64,000 nucleotides of DNA, from positions 28,656-92,655 of the forward strand of contig PLSR01000017.1 in the NCBI GenBank assembly GCA_003164215.1. Direction: 5' to 3'. The position numbers and the translations under genes were made by a program. Origin of the DNA: Candidatus Kaiserbacteria bacterium (GTDB lineage Bacteria > Patescibacteriota > Minisyncoccia > Phycocordibacterales > UBA2100). Shown here piece after piece: positions 29,715-39,065 of this stretch. The first letter of the stretch is position 1; each line of letters opens with the position of its first letter. The notes under the pieces are model-generated. The model was not told the origin of the DNA. It did not search any database and saw only the letters and a program-made list of their open reading frames with translations.

Positions 29715-29890
29715 AAACTAATAATATCTTCCCAGTGTGGGTTACCGATTTGTCCGCGCGCAACGCGGTTACAAATAGCAATCCCTTGTGGACTGGAATT
29801 GGCACTTTATTCCTCGATGTACTCGGAACAAGTTGCCGGCGGTTCGACGAGCCAGGACTCTCACCGCACTCTTGATACGATATGGGGCGT
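29715..29890 (-). promoter_or_regulatory. SAM-I (S-box) riboswitch in the metK leader
   Basis: Minus-strand leader reads ...cgtATCAAGAGtGcGGtGAGAGtccTGGCtCGtcGAAcCgcCGGCAACttg...aaaGTGCCAATTCCag..., matching the S-box core (AUCAAGAG..GG.GAG.G...GGC.CG..GAA.C..GGCAAC ... GGUGCCAAUUCC). A terminator hairpin tctccc-tttt-gggaga (29695..29711) and a U-rich tract sit immediately before the metK ATG. Confidence 0.6.
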
Positions 29891-29952
29891 GTGTGTGCAT
29901 CCTAGCAGACGCCGCGGGCGATGTCAGATGTACGCGTGTGGATAACTGTGCT

Positions 29953-31026
29953 TCAGTGCGAGACCTTCTTCGCACCCAAGAGATCGGCGACGATCTCCGC
30001 AAGTTTGGCCGGGTCGTGTCGGACAAGCGAACTTTCGCGGCTTGGCGTACCAATTTTATTGTTCGTATAAAAATGCTTCACGTGCAAATTCGCGCCGATG
30101 AGCGTACGGCCTTTCGGAAGATCGTCCCATGATGTCGGCGTGTCATTGACGCGCGCGTATCGTTTCAAAAGCTCCTCGCTCGGTTTCTTGTTGTTGTAGA
30201 TCACAATATCGACTGGGGAACCAAGATACTTCTCGATCGTCGTCGTGTAATCGGCGACGCTAAAATTGCGGGTGTGCTCGACTTTCGTCATCAAACTGCA
30301 AACGAATATCTTCTTCGCCTTGCTCTTCTTAATCGCTTCGGGGATGCCGCGAACGAGGAGGTTGGGGACGAGGCTCGCGTAAAGGTTTCCCGGACCGATG
30401 ATGATGACGTCGGCTTCATGGATCGCCTTGAGTGCTTTCGGATTCGCGCGTCCGGCAGGTTCGAGCCAGAGGCGTTTCAAGGAACCATTGAGCTTGGTCA
30501 TCTGGATCTTCTCTTCGCCGCGGATCGTGCGCGTGCCGACCTGTGCCATGAGATGCACCTCATCCAAGGTCGCCGGGACGACGCGGCCGTCGAGGCGTAA
30601 GATCTCGCTCGCTTTCTCGACGGCATCGTCGAATGAGCCGGTCACTTTTTCCAACGCAGACAAGAGCAGGTTGCCGAAATTCAATCCCTTCAATCCGCCG
30701 TTCTCAAAGCGATAGCTCATGAGGTCGCGCATCAGTTTGTCTGATCGAGAGAGCGCGACCAGACATTGGCGCACGTCGCCCGGCGGCAGGACGCCGAGCT
30801 CGTCGCGCAGGACGCCGGAGGAGCCGCCGTTATCCGACATGGCAACAATCGCCGTGAGATTAAAGGGATATTTCTTGAGGCCGGTCAGGATCGTGAACGT
30901 GCCGGTCCCGCCGCCCAAAACGACCACGTTTTTCTTCTGTTTTTTCTGCATAGCACAATCCGGGGAATAGTAGCAGAAATCGAGCTTTTTCGCCATTGAC
31001 AGCCCACTTTGCTCGAATGAACGCAT
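29953..31026 (-). CDS. YvcK/CofD-family protein (UPF0052, gluconeogenesis-factor-like)
   Basis: VVVLGGGTGTFTILTGLKKY...AIVAMSDNGGSSGVLRDE is the family signature. Confidence 0.85.
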   Translation of the reverse strand: MRSFEQSGLSMAKKLDFCYYSPDCAMQKKQKKNVVVLGGGTGTFTILTGLKKYPFNLTAIVAMSDNGGSSGVLRDELGVLPPGDVRQCLVALSRSDKLMRDLMSYRFENGGLKGLNFGNLLLSALEKVTGSFDDAVEKASEILRLDGRVVPATLDEVHLMAQVGTRTIRGEEKIQMTKLNGSLKRLWLEPAGRANPKALKAIHEADVIIIGPGNLYASLVPNLLVRGIPEAIKKSKAKKIFVCSLMTKVEHTRNFSVADYTTTIEKYLGSPVDIVIYNNKKPSEELLKRYARVNDTPTSWDDLPKGRTLIGANLHVKHFYTNNKIGTPSRESSLVRHDPAKLAEIVADLLGAKKVSH

Positions 31027-31567
31027 GACGTACTATGGTCGTATCGGCGGGTACGCATTATATATGACTTCGAAAACCATCAAATTTCTCATCGGCCTCA
31101 TCATCCTTCTTTTTCTCGTCATTTGCGCGATGACCGCATATCTCGTGTTCACCCCAGGTCGTCAAAAGACATCATCGAACGTTCCGATGAGCACCACAAC
31201 GCCTTCGATGACAGCGACTCCGGTCGCATCGTCGACGGAACCGCTTTCAGCGAGCGTCACCGTCTCAGCGCCGGTACCCAACTCGACGGTCGGGAAGACT
31301 TTTGCCGTCACGGGCATCGCGCCGAACGGGTGGTACTTCGAAGCGGTCTTTCCGATACAAGTTCGTGATCCAAATGACAACCTGATCGCGACAGGACAAG
31401 GACATGCGCAAAACGACTGGACTGTCGCGGGGCCTGTCGCATTCACTTCCTCGATCACACTTATCGGAGATTATTCCGGTCCTGCCGATCTCATCCTCTT
31501 GCGCGATAATCCATCGGGATTGCCCGAAAATGATGATGAAGTGACTATGCCGATCGTAATCAAATAA
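31025..31567 (+). CDS. secreted protein with a C-terminal Ig-like (Gmad2-like) domain
   Basis: TM or signal segment, a Ser/Thr/Pro linker, then a beta-rich domain (TFAVTGIAPNGWYFEAVFPIQVRD...). Confidence 0.5.
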   Translation: MTYYGRIGGYALYMTSKTIKFLIGLIILLFLVICAMTAYLVFTPGRQKTSSNVPMSTTTPSMTATPVASSTEPLSASVTVSAPVPNSTVGKTFAVTGIAPNGWYFEAVFPIQVRDPNDNLIATGQGHAQNDWTVAGPVAFTSSITLIGDYSGPADLILLRDNPSGLPENDDEVTMPIVIK

Positions 31568-31568
31568 T

Positions 31569-32237
31569 ATGCAGGATCTGAAGGAAAAAGAACGACGCCT
31601 GCGCGCAAAAAAGATCGTCGCGTATCTCAAGCGCGCATATCCCGTGCCGAAGAGCGAGTTGACGTACAAGACGCCGTTCCAATTCGTCGTTGCGGTCATG
31701 ATGTCGGCGCAATGCACCGATAAGGTCGTTAATCGCGTGACGGATACGCTCTTCAATATATATAAGACACCCCTCGACTTTGCTGGGGCTAAACCGCAGG
31801 ACTTCGAACGAGAAATATCGTCGGTGACATTCTTCAGAAATAAAGCGAAGGCGATACGGGCGGCCGCCAAAATCGTCGTAGACGATTTTGGCGGCCGCGT
31901 CCCCAAGACTATTGCCGAGCTCACGACGCTCCCCGGAGTTGCCTATAAGACCGCCAACGTCGTCTTGGGCGAGCTTTACGATATTTGGGAAGGCATTCCG
32001 ACCGACACGCACGTGAAGCGATTCGCGTATCGGTTCGATCTTTCCGATAACTCGGACCTAACGAAAATATCAAAGGATCTCGAACGCCTTATCGCGAAAA
32101 AGGATTGGAAATATGTGAACAACGGACTCGTTCTTTACGGCCGCTATATTTGTCCGGCGCGTCCGCATGACTGTTCGACACATCCGCTTACAAAGTTGTG
32201 GCCACCGAGCGCGAGCCGGTGGCCACAATCTGCCTGA
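31569..32237 (+). CDS. nth: endonuclease III (HhH-GPD DNA glycosylase/AP lyase)
   Basis: HhH-GPD motif LTTLPGVAYKTANVVLG and the catalytic Lys/Asp context. The C-terminus has only CPARPHDC (Cx6C) instead of a full Cx6Cx2Cx5C cluster. Confidence 0.8.
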   Translation: MQDLKEKERRLRAKKIVAYLKRAYPVPKSELTYKTPFQFVVAVMMSAQCTDKVVNRVTDTLFNIYKTPLDFAGAKPQDFEREISSVTFFRNKAKAIRAAAKIVVDDFGGRVPKTIAELTTLPGVAYKTANVVLGELYDIWEGIPTDTHVKRFAYRFDLSDNSDLTKISKDLERLIAKKDWKYVNNGLVLYGRYICPARPHDCSTHPLTKLWPPSASRWPQSA

Positions 32238-32541
32238 ACATTATTTTTGTTTGGCGGCGATCCCGTCCCAATCGCGCGGATCGTGCGCCGGTGTGAATGC
32301 TGCGTCGTTCGGAACATACGGAGGATCGGGTGACCTTTTGGGGAGCCACTCGACCGAGAAAACGGCGCACCGCGCGCAGACGACGCGGCCGTCCGTAAGC
32401 GAAATTGTCGCATTCGATGTGCTGCAATCGGGTGCGATATGTGATTGGCACTCTGTCATTCATTGCCTCCCTGTCGCTTATTTCCAGTCTCGAATATACC
32501 TCTTTTGCTGACATTCGCAAAGGCGGGTTTTGCGGTAGTAT

Positions 32542-33237
32542 GTGGGCATGACAGCAAAACGTCGTGTGGCGGTATTCGATGTCGACGGAACGATATTCCG
32601 ATCATCGTTGCTCGTTCAAGTCGTCGATCAATTGATCCGCGATGGCGTATTCCCGGAAGATGCGCAGGCGACCTACGCGCGGCAGCTCGAGCGGTGGCAG
32701 AATCGCGAAGGGGACTACGAGACGTATATCGACGCCGTCGTCAAAGCATTTACCCAGCACATCGTCGGCGCGCATTATAGTGCCCTCGCGGACGCATCGA
32801 AGCGTGTCGTCGCCGCACAGTGGAAACGCACCTACGTCTATCCGCGCACCCTCATCAAGCAGCTCAAAGATCGCGGTTACTACTTGCTCGCGATCTCGCA
32901 TTCTCCAAAGACCATTCTTGATATGTTCTGCCCGCGACTCGGCTTCGATAAGGTCTACGGACTTTTGTACGAGATCGACGGTGATGAAAAATTCACCGGG
33001 AAGATCATAGAGGAACAGGCGCTCGACAAGGCGTACCTCATTCGTCGCGCGGTAGACAAGGAATCCTTGATGCTCACCAACTCGATCGGTGTCGGTGACA
33101 CAGAGAGCGACATAAAGTTCCTCGAGATCGTCGCGAAGCCGATCTGTTTCAATCCCAACGCCGCGCTCTATGCCCATGCGAAAAAAGAGAAGTGGAAAGT
33201 CGTCGTCGAGCGGAAGGATGTTATTTATCAATTATGA
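32542..33237 (+). CDS. HAD-IB family hydrolase (phosphoserine-phosphatase-like)
   Basis: Motif I VAVFDVDGTI and motif IV GVGDTESD. Confidence 0.8.
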   Translation: MGMTAKRRVAVFDVDGTIFRSSLLVQVVDQLIRDGVFPEDAQATYARQLERWQNREGDYETYIDAVVKAFTQHIVGAHYSALADASKRVVAAQWKRTYVYPRTLIKQLKDRGYYLLAISHSPKTILDMFCPRLGFDKVYGLLYEIDGDEKFTGKIIEEQALDKAYLIRRAVDKESLMLTNSIGVGDTESDIKFLEIVAKPICFNPNAALYAHAKKEKWKVVVERKDVIYQL

Positions 33238-34223
33238 GCCGCACGTTACTGAGGCGCTCGGCATATTCTCCCGCCGAACGCCACCTTCGGCTGACGGGTC
33301 CTGGACGAGCTACGAAGGACTCCGCACCAGGCTCTGCAACGGCAGGCGAGGTTCGTCGGAGAGAACATGCCGAGCGCCCCACCCCACCTTCGGTGCGATC
33401 ATTTCAAAACGAAGTTTGGAACTATTGGAAAAAGAACGGGCGGCACGATCTCCCGTGGCGCAAGACCAAAGACCCGTACAAGATCCTTGTTTCAGAGGTG
33501 ATGCTGCAGCAGACGCAGGTGTCTCGGGTGATCGAGAAATACAAGGAATTTCTGCACGCATTTCCGAATGTAGAAACATTGGCGACGTCAAAGCTTAGCG
33601 ATGTGCTGAAAGTCTGGAGCGGAATGGGGTACAACCGGCGCGGAAAATATCTGCGCGATGCGGCGACCACGATCGTTAAGAAGTACGATGGCAAAGTTCC
33701 ACGCGACGTGGCCTCGCTCCGCGCACTTCCCGGTGTCGGTCCGTACACTGCTTCAGCGGTGTTGATCTTCGCGTTCAATATCCCTGACACGATGATCGAG
33801 ACGAATGTCCGTTCCGCGTATATCCAACATTTTTTTAATGCCCCTGCTGCTCTAAGGTTAAACCTTAGAGCACGGATCGCCGACAAAGAACTACTGCCGT
33901 TCATCGAGGCGGCCGCCGAGGGGCAGGATCCGCGGACGTGGCATTGGGCGCTGATGGATTATGGAAGCTATCTCAAGAAACGGCACAAGAACCCATCGCG
34001 TGCGAGCGCACATTACGTGAGGCAATCGAAATTCGAAGGTTCCTTGCGGCAAGTTCGTGGCGCGATTTTGCGCACACTTCACCTGGGGTCGAGAACCGAC
34101 CGCGCGCTAAGCTCCGAGCTTGGCATACAAAGCTCAGAGCTCGGTAAATTTGAAGCGGCACTTGCCGGGCTTGCGCGGGATGGGATGATCGTGAAGCGGA
34201 AGGGGAGGTGGGGAATGTGTTAG
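33234..34223 (+). CDS. MutY-like HhH-GPD DNA glycosylase lacking a 4Fe-4S cluster
   Basis: WNYWKKNGRHDLPWRKTKDPYKILVSEVMLQQTQV...LPGVGPYTASAV matches the MutY/adenine-glycosylase N-terminal domain. ATG at 33234 overlaps the HAD stop (ATGA). Arg-rich 60-aa N-terminal leader, no Cys cluster. The 3' end of the gene contains a partial copy of the intergenic repeat. Confidence 0.7.
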   Translation: MSRTLLRRSAYSPAERHLRLTGPGRATKDSAPGSATAGEVRRREHAERPTPPSVRSFQNEVWNYWKKNGRHDLPWRKTKDPYKILVSEVMLQQTQVSRVIEKYKEFLHAFPNVETLATSKLSDVLKVWSGMGYNRRGKYLRDAATTIVKKYDGKVPRDVASLRALPGVGPYTASAVLIFAFNIPDTMIETNVRSAYIQHFFNAPAALRLNLRARIADKELLPFIEAAAEGQDPRTWHWALMDYGSYLKKRHKNPSRASAHYVRQSKFEGSLRQVRGAILRTLHLGSRTDRALSSELGIQSSELGKFEAALAGLARDGMIVKRKGRWGMC

Positions 34224-34247
34224 GAAGATGACATAAAGACGTCCCCA

Positions 34248-34769
34248 TTGTTTTCTTTTGTTGGAATGGTAGGGTGCGCTACGGGTCGCGTCCAATCGGA
34301 GGCTCCAATGGACACATTCGACGACATTATACCGGAGTACCAGTCGAGCATCATAAAGCGATATCAGTGGTGGACACTCCTGCTTAATCAGGATCAGCGT
34401 TATCTCGGTCGCGCCGTTCTGTGGCTGAAACGTGAAGGAGAGATGCAGCGTCTTTCAGATCTTACTTTGAGCGAATTCAGAGAAATGAGGACAGCGCTTC
34501 GCGAATATGACCGGGCTATTCGCCAAGAATGGTGTGCGGATCATATGAATGACGCCTGGCTCGGGAATTTTTTTCACGAACACGGCGGACATGGCCATAT
34601 GCACCTCATCCCGCGTTATAAGAATGAACGCATCTTCGCTGGGGTGACGTTCATCGATGGTCGGTGGGGAAAGAACTACACTCCGTATGAACCGTATAAG
34701 CCGGAGGAAGGTGTGTTCCTCACGATCCGAGATGAGTTGCGTAAGCGGATTCGAGGGAGTGTGAGGTGA
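34248..34769 (+). CDS. HIT-superfamily-like protein
   Basis: Histidine-triad-like HGGHGHMHLIPR. Confidence 0.55.
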   Translation: MFSFVGMVGCATGRVQSEAPMDTFDDIIPEYQSSIIKRYQWWTLLLNQDQRYLGRAVLWLKREGEMQRLSDLTLSEFREMRTALREYDRAIRQEWCADHMNDAWLGNFFHEHGGHGHMHLIPRYKNERIFAGVTFIDGRWGKNYTPYEPYKPEEGVFLTIRDELRKRIRGSVR

Positions 34770-34782
34770 CAGAACAACGAAA

Positions 34783-34815
34783 GCGGGCGCCAAAGGCGCC
34801 CGCGTTTCTTTTTTC
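34783..34815 (+). terminator. rho-independent terminator
   Basis: GCGGGCGCC-aaa-GGCGCCCGC 9-bp GC stem followed by TTTCTTTTTTC. Confidence 0.7.
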
Positions 34816-34828
34816 AGAGAAGTGAAAT

Positions 34829-36847
34829 TTAGATCGAAACGATCACCGGGATCACGATCGGTCGCTTCATGGTGCTTTGCAGAAGGAATCGTGAGACAGC
34901 GTCGGCGAGATCTTCACGGGCGATATCGAGATCGGCGCCGCGCGGGTTGCGCAGTGACGTCTCGACGCTCTTTCGAATGATGAGGCGCGTCTGATCCATG
35001 AGGTCCTTGTTGTCGCGCAGATAGACGAAGCCGCGGGAGATGATGTCCGGGGACTTGTGGAGTTTGCCCGTGCGGCGGTCGACGGTCGCGACGACGACGC
35101 AGAATCCTTCCTGACCCAAGGCCTTGCGGTCGCGCATGAGGACCTCGGAGATCTCTGAGATCGTGTGTCCTTCGACGACGCGCAATTCCGCCGGCGCCTT
35201 GAATGGTTGCTTCACGATCTTTTCGCCATTAATGATCTCGATGATGGAGCTGTTATCGGGAACGATGATGTTCTCTTTCTTTACCCCCATCTCTTCGCCG
35301 AGATCAGCGTGGACGCGCAACATGTAGTGGTAGCCGTGGACCGGCACGAAGAACTTCGGCTTGATCTGTCGGTGGATCCACTTTGCTTCTTCAGCATTGC
35401 CGTGACCGGAGGCATGAACGTCGGAGGTGTGATAGGTGATGATCTTCGCCCCTTGACGCGAGAGATTGTCCTTGAGCTTCTGCACGGCGCGTTCGTTGCC
35501 CGGAATGACGGACGACGAGAGCACAATCGTATCGGTCGGTTCGATGTGGATGTACTTATGGGTCTTGTTGCCGATGCGCGCCAATGATGCGAATTCGTCG
35601 CCCTGCGCCCCTGTCGCGAGGATGATGAGATCTTCTTTTTTGTACTGCGCCATGTTCTCGACGGCGACAACGGTATCATCCTTGTATTTGAGGATGCCGA
35701 GCTCGCGTGCGATCTCGAGGTTGGTGCGCATCGAGCGTCCGTCGATGACGACTTTCTTGCCGTATTTCTCGGCGAACATCATCACGCGGATAAGACGTTC
35801 GAGGTGCGAAGCGAACATCGCGATGATGAGACGGCTGTGGGAATTCTTCACGAGCTCTTCGAGCGTACGATAGACGTTCGATTCGGGGATCGACCAACCC
35901 GGTTGCCAGACATTGGTCGAGTCCATCAAGAGCACAAGAACCTTGCGATCTTTGAACATGCCGAACTCGCGTTTCTCTTCGTCCGACGCCTCGCCGTTCT
36001 CGTGGTTGAGCTTAATGTCGCCGGTGAATACGACGTCGCCCCATGGCGTTTCGATGACGATGCCCATGGAATCCGGCACGGTGTGCGAGACGCCGAAGAA
36101 TCGGATCGAGGTGTTGCCGAGCTTGATGACCTCGTCCTTCTCGACTTCGCGAAGATTGATCGCGGGCAGGTGCGGGAATTCCTCTTGGCGCTTTTTGATC
36201 ATCATGCCGGTGAGACGACGCGTGTAGATCGTCGGATTGCCGATGCGATCAATGATATAGGGAATGCCGCCGATGTGATCGAGGTGGCCGTGCGAAACAA
36301 GGAGCCCGCGGATCTTGTCGCGGCGCTCTTCGAGGTAGCCGGTGTTGGGTAAAATATAATCAACGCCCGGCGTGTCATCTTCGGAGAAGGCGAATCCGCA
36401 GTCGAGGATGAAGATGTCGTTGCCGAATTCGACCGCGGTCATGTTGCGGCCGATCTCTTCGACACCGCCCAAGGGAATAATGCGCACGACGCCTTCGGCG
36501 GGCGGCGGGATCTTGGCAGCTGTTGATATGCGACCGAGATCGGTCGGCGTCGCGTGCGTCGGTCTGCCGCCACGCGGCTTCATCGGGCGCGCGGGTCGCT
36601 GTGAGAGCGGTCGTCCACGCCGGAAGGGTTTTGCTCCGGAACCGGAGTGAGGTCCTTGCGGGCCGGCTGAATTACTTGGTCCGCGGTTCGGTCCGCCGGG
36701 TCTTTGGAATGGTCGTTGGTTTTGTGGGCGACGTTGTTGCGGTCGTCCACCGGGAATCGGAGAGCTAGAGCCCCCCGGGGTGTGTGGTGTGTCCATACTA
36801 ATTGCTCTAATGATTCGGATCGAACGATCCGTGTCTGTTAATACCAT
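34829..36847 (-). CDS. rnj: ribonuclease J
   Basis: Metallo-beta-lactamase motif HGHLDHIGG, the beta-CASP and C-terminal domains, plus an unusual ~110-aa Pro/Gly/Arg-rich disordered N-terminal extension. Confidence 0.9.
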   Translation of the reverse strand: MVLTDTDRSIRIIRAISMDTPHTPGGSSSPIPGGRPQQRRPQNQRPFQRPGGPNRGPSNSAGPQGPHSGSGAKPFRRGRPLSQRPARPMKPRGGRPTHATPTDLGRISTAAKIPPPAEGVVRIIPLGGVEEIGRNMTAVEFGNDIFILDCGFAFSEDDTPGVDYILPNTGYLEERRDKIRGLLVSHGHLDHIGGIPYIIDRIGNPTIYTRRLTGMMIKKRQEEFPHLPAINLREVEKDEVIKLGNTSIRFFGVSHTVPDSMGIVIETPWGDVVFTGDIKLNHENGEASDEEKREFGMFKDRKVLVLLMDSTNVWQPGWSIPESNVYRTLEELVKNSHSRLIIAMFASHLERLIRVMMFAEKYGKKVVIDGRSMRTNLEIARELGILKYKDDTVVAVENMAQYKKEDLIILATGAQGDEFASLARIGNKTHKYIHIEPTDTIVLSSSVIPGNERAVQKLKDNLSRQGAKIITYHTSDVHASGHGNAEEAKWIHRQIKPKFFVPVHGYHYMLRVHADLGEEMGVKKENIIVPDNSSIIEIINGEKIVKQPFKAPAELRVVEGHTISEISEVLMRDRKALGQEGFCVVVATVDRRTGKLHKSPDIISRGFVYLRDNKDLMDQTRLIIRKSVETSLRNPRGADLDIAREDLADAVSRFLLQSTMKRPIVIPVIVSI

Positions 36848-36874
36848 CTAATAAATAGCTATAAGGTTGATCGG

Positions 36875-38728
36875 CTACCGTGATGTGCCGCCGGCAAAGA
36901 TCCCCCACACGCTCTGTGTTTGTGTATACCAATCGTCGATGCCGGAAAAACGATCAGCGGGTGTTGTCAGGGCTCCCAAAGTGATGCCCTTGATTGACGG
37001 AGGAACTATATACAAAAAGTCGGGTGCGTACAAGAAGACTGCAGGCTGATCCTTTTCGACATCGGCGGCGAATTGCGTATAGAGCGCATTACGAGCCGTA
37101 ACATCAGTCGTTGCGCGCGCTTGAGAAAGCAGCGTATCCGTCGTCTCGTTCGCATACATGGCGAGGTTCAACCCCGGGTCATTGCGTTGGGACGAGTGCC
37201 AGAACGCATAGAGGTCGAGCTGGGGTCCGACGACTTCGCCGAAGAGAACGGCGTCGTAATTACGCGGGCGTATGACGGACGTATTGAGCTCGGAGATCGG
37301 ATACACCTGCACCGACGCATGGATCCCTGCAGCGCTCCAAAAATTCGCGACGGCATTCGCGGTCGCGACGAGTTCGGGCTCGTCAGCGGTGGCAAGCGTG
37401 AATGACAATTTTTCTTTTCCTTTCTCCCACATAGTGTCGGTGGTGCTGAAACTCCATCCGCCCTTTTGCAAAAGTGTTCGTGCGGCATTCGCGTACGATG
37501 ATTCATCCGGTGTCGACGAGGAACTCGCCGCCGTGTTCTTCAGCGAGAGGAACGGGAGGGGAACGGCCGGTGCGACATCGCCCAAGATGCCTGGCGGGAT
37601 CGGTCCGTCGAGCTTCACGCCATATCCGCCCAAGACCGACGAGATGATCGCTTGTTTGTCGACGGCAGCATTAAGGGCAGCACGTACGCTTGAATCGGCC
37701 AAGACCACGTTGTGGCCCTGATTGAAGAAAACGCCGAAAACACGCGGCAGCGGCGACTTCACAATGTCAGCGTCGGTGCGTGAGAGGATCGGGAGATCGC
37801 TCGGAGAGATCCCCGCCATGCTGTCGATCTCGCCATCGTTGAACGCCTTCTCCATCGTTGCGTCATCGGGGTAGAAGTGGAACGTGAGCTTGTTCAGATA
37901 GGGAACTCCGCGCGTATAGTCGCCGAATGGCACGAGGTCGTAGCGTGTTGCAGAGCCAGTCGAATCAGTGCTGACCGAAGCAACTTTGAACGGACCGCTA
38001 CCGATCGGACGTGTATTCAGCGGGTCGAACGGGAACTCCTCGTCTGAAACATTTTGCCATAAGTGTTTCGGTAAGATGCCGAGCGTGGTGTTGTCAATGA
38101 ACGGAGCATAGGCATGCGGCAAGGTGAAGACGACGGTGTGCGGATCCGGACTTGCGACGGTAACGCCGGTCCAGTTCGCCGCTTGCGGACTCTTGAGATT
38201 GGGATCTTGTGTTGCGGCGACCGTGAAGAGCACGTCGGCGGCGGTGACCGGTGTGCCATCCTGGAACTTCGCATTCGGTCGGATGGTGAACGTGTAGATC
38301 GTTCCATCGGTAGAGACCGTATACCCCAGCGCGAGATCAGGGACGAACGAACCATCGGGCAGTTGGCGCATAAGGCCGGAATAGACGAGCGCCGTAAGAT
38401 CTTCGTCAGGTTGAGAGACCGTAAGGATCGGGTTGATGAAGCGGGCCGGTCCGACCTCACCCTCAGAGAGAGATCCGCCGCGCGCAGGAATATCGACTGA
38501 TACAGCTCGATCGATGTAGGTGACCATGAGAAGCACGCTCCCGGCGAGTAGCGCGGCAAGCATATACAAAAAGAGACGTTCCGCCGGCGAGAACCGACCG
38601 AGGAGATCCTCGAGTACCGAAAGACGCCCGACTCTGCGGGTCTTGGTGAGCGTCGTCAGGAGATCTTCGTGGCGGTCGTTCGTCTGGTCTATGTGATCTG
38701 ATTGGTCGGGGTCCGAATAGGAATCCAT
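36875..38728 (-). CDS. ABC-transporter-type substrate-binding protein (family 5, peptide/nickel type) with an N-terminal membrane anchor
   Basis: SBP_bac_5-like regions (LTALVYSGLMR, GSGPFK..., W..G.K). No permease or ATPase genes are adjacent. Confidence 0.65.
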   Translation of the reverse strand: MDSYSDPDQSDHIDQTNDRHEDLLTTLTKTRRVGRLSVLEDLLGRFSPAERLFLYMLAALLAGSVLLMVTYIDRAVSVDIPARGGSLSEGEVGPARFINPILTVSQPDEDLTALVYSGLMRQLPDGSFVPDLALGYTVSTDGTIYTFTIRPNAKFQDGTPVTAADVLFTVAATQDPNLKSPQAANWTGVTVASPDPHTVVFTLPHAYAPFIDNTTLGILPKHLWQNVSDEEFPFDPLNTRPIGSGPFKVASVSTDSTGSATRYDLVPFGDYTRGVPYLNKLTFHFYPDDATMEKAFNDGEIDSMAGISPSDLPILSRTDADIVKSPLPRVFGVFFNQGHNVVLADSSVRAALNAAVDKQAIISSVLGGYGVKLDGPIPPGILGDVAPAVPLPFLSLKNTAASSSSTPDESSYANAARTLLQKGGWSFSTTDTMWEKGKEKLSFTLATADEPELVATANAVANFWSAAGIHASVQVYPISELNTSVIRPRNYDAVLFGEVVGPQLDLYAFWHSSQRNDPGLNLAMYANETTDTLLSQARATTDVTARNALYTQFAADVEKDQPAVFLYAPDFLYIVPPSIKGITLGALTTPADRFSGIDDWYTQTQSVWGIFAGGTSR

Positions 38729-38781
38729 ACCGCAGGTTGGCCGGCTTCGTGCATTCGTGTATCGAACGACGAAAGGCGGGC

Positions 38782-39033
38782 TTAACTTATAAGAAGACTT
38801 ACCAATGCTGAAATCGCAAACAGTATACCAAGGATTATGGTCGCGTAGAAGAGTGTTTTCTCTAATCCGCGGCGGGTGTGGAAACCCGAGCTGAAATTAT
38901 CGGCACCGAATGCACCGCCCAGCGATGCCCCCGTCCTCTGCATTATGACAGATACAATGATGAGTGCGGAAAGAATTATCTGCACGTAGGGGAGAACGTG
39001 AGCGATCGTGGCCATGTAGAGCCACTGTAGCAC
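38782..39033 (-). CDS. secG: preprotein translocase subunit SecG
   Basis: 83 aa with two TM helices and the central Gly-rich GASLGGAFGADNFSSG. Confidence 0.75.
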   Translation of the reverse strand: MLQWLYMATIAHVLPYVQIILSALIIVSVIMQRTGASLGGAFGADNFSSGFHTRRGLEKTLFYATIILGILFAISALVSLLIS

Positions 39034-39065
39034 ATAACGACCCCGTTCGCAACTTCGTACATGCT

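Noticed and set aside
32237-32541. ORFs 32144..32413 -, 32167..32511 +, 32188..32520 - and 32241..32459 - in the nth / HAD spacer
   Set aside because: They are mutually overlapping on both strands with no motifs and no start context. The region is more likely a 300-nt non-coding spacer that begins with the hairpin ending nth.
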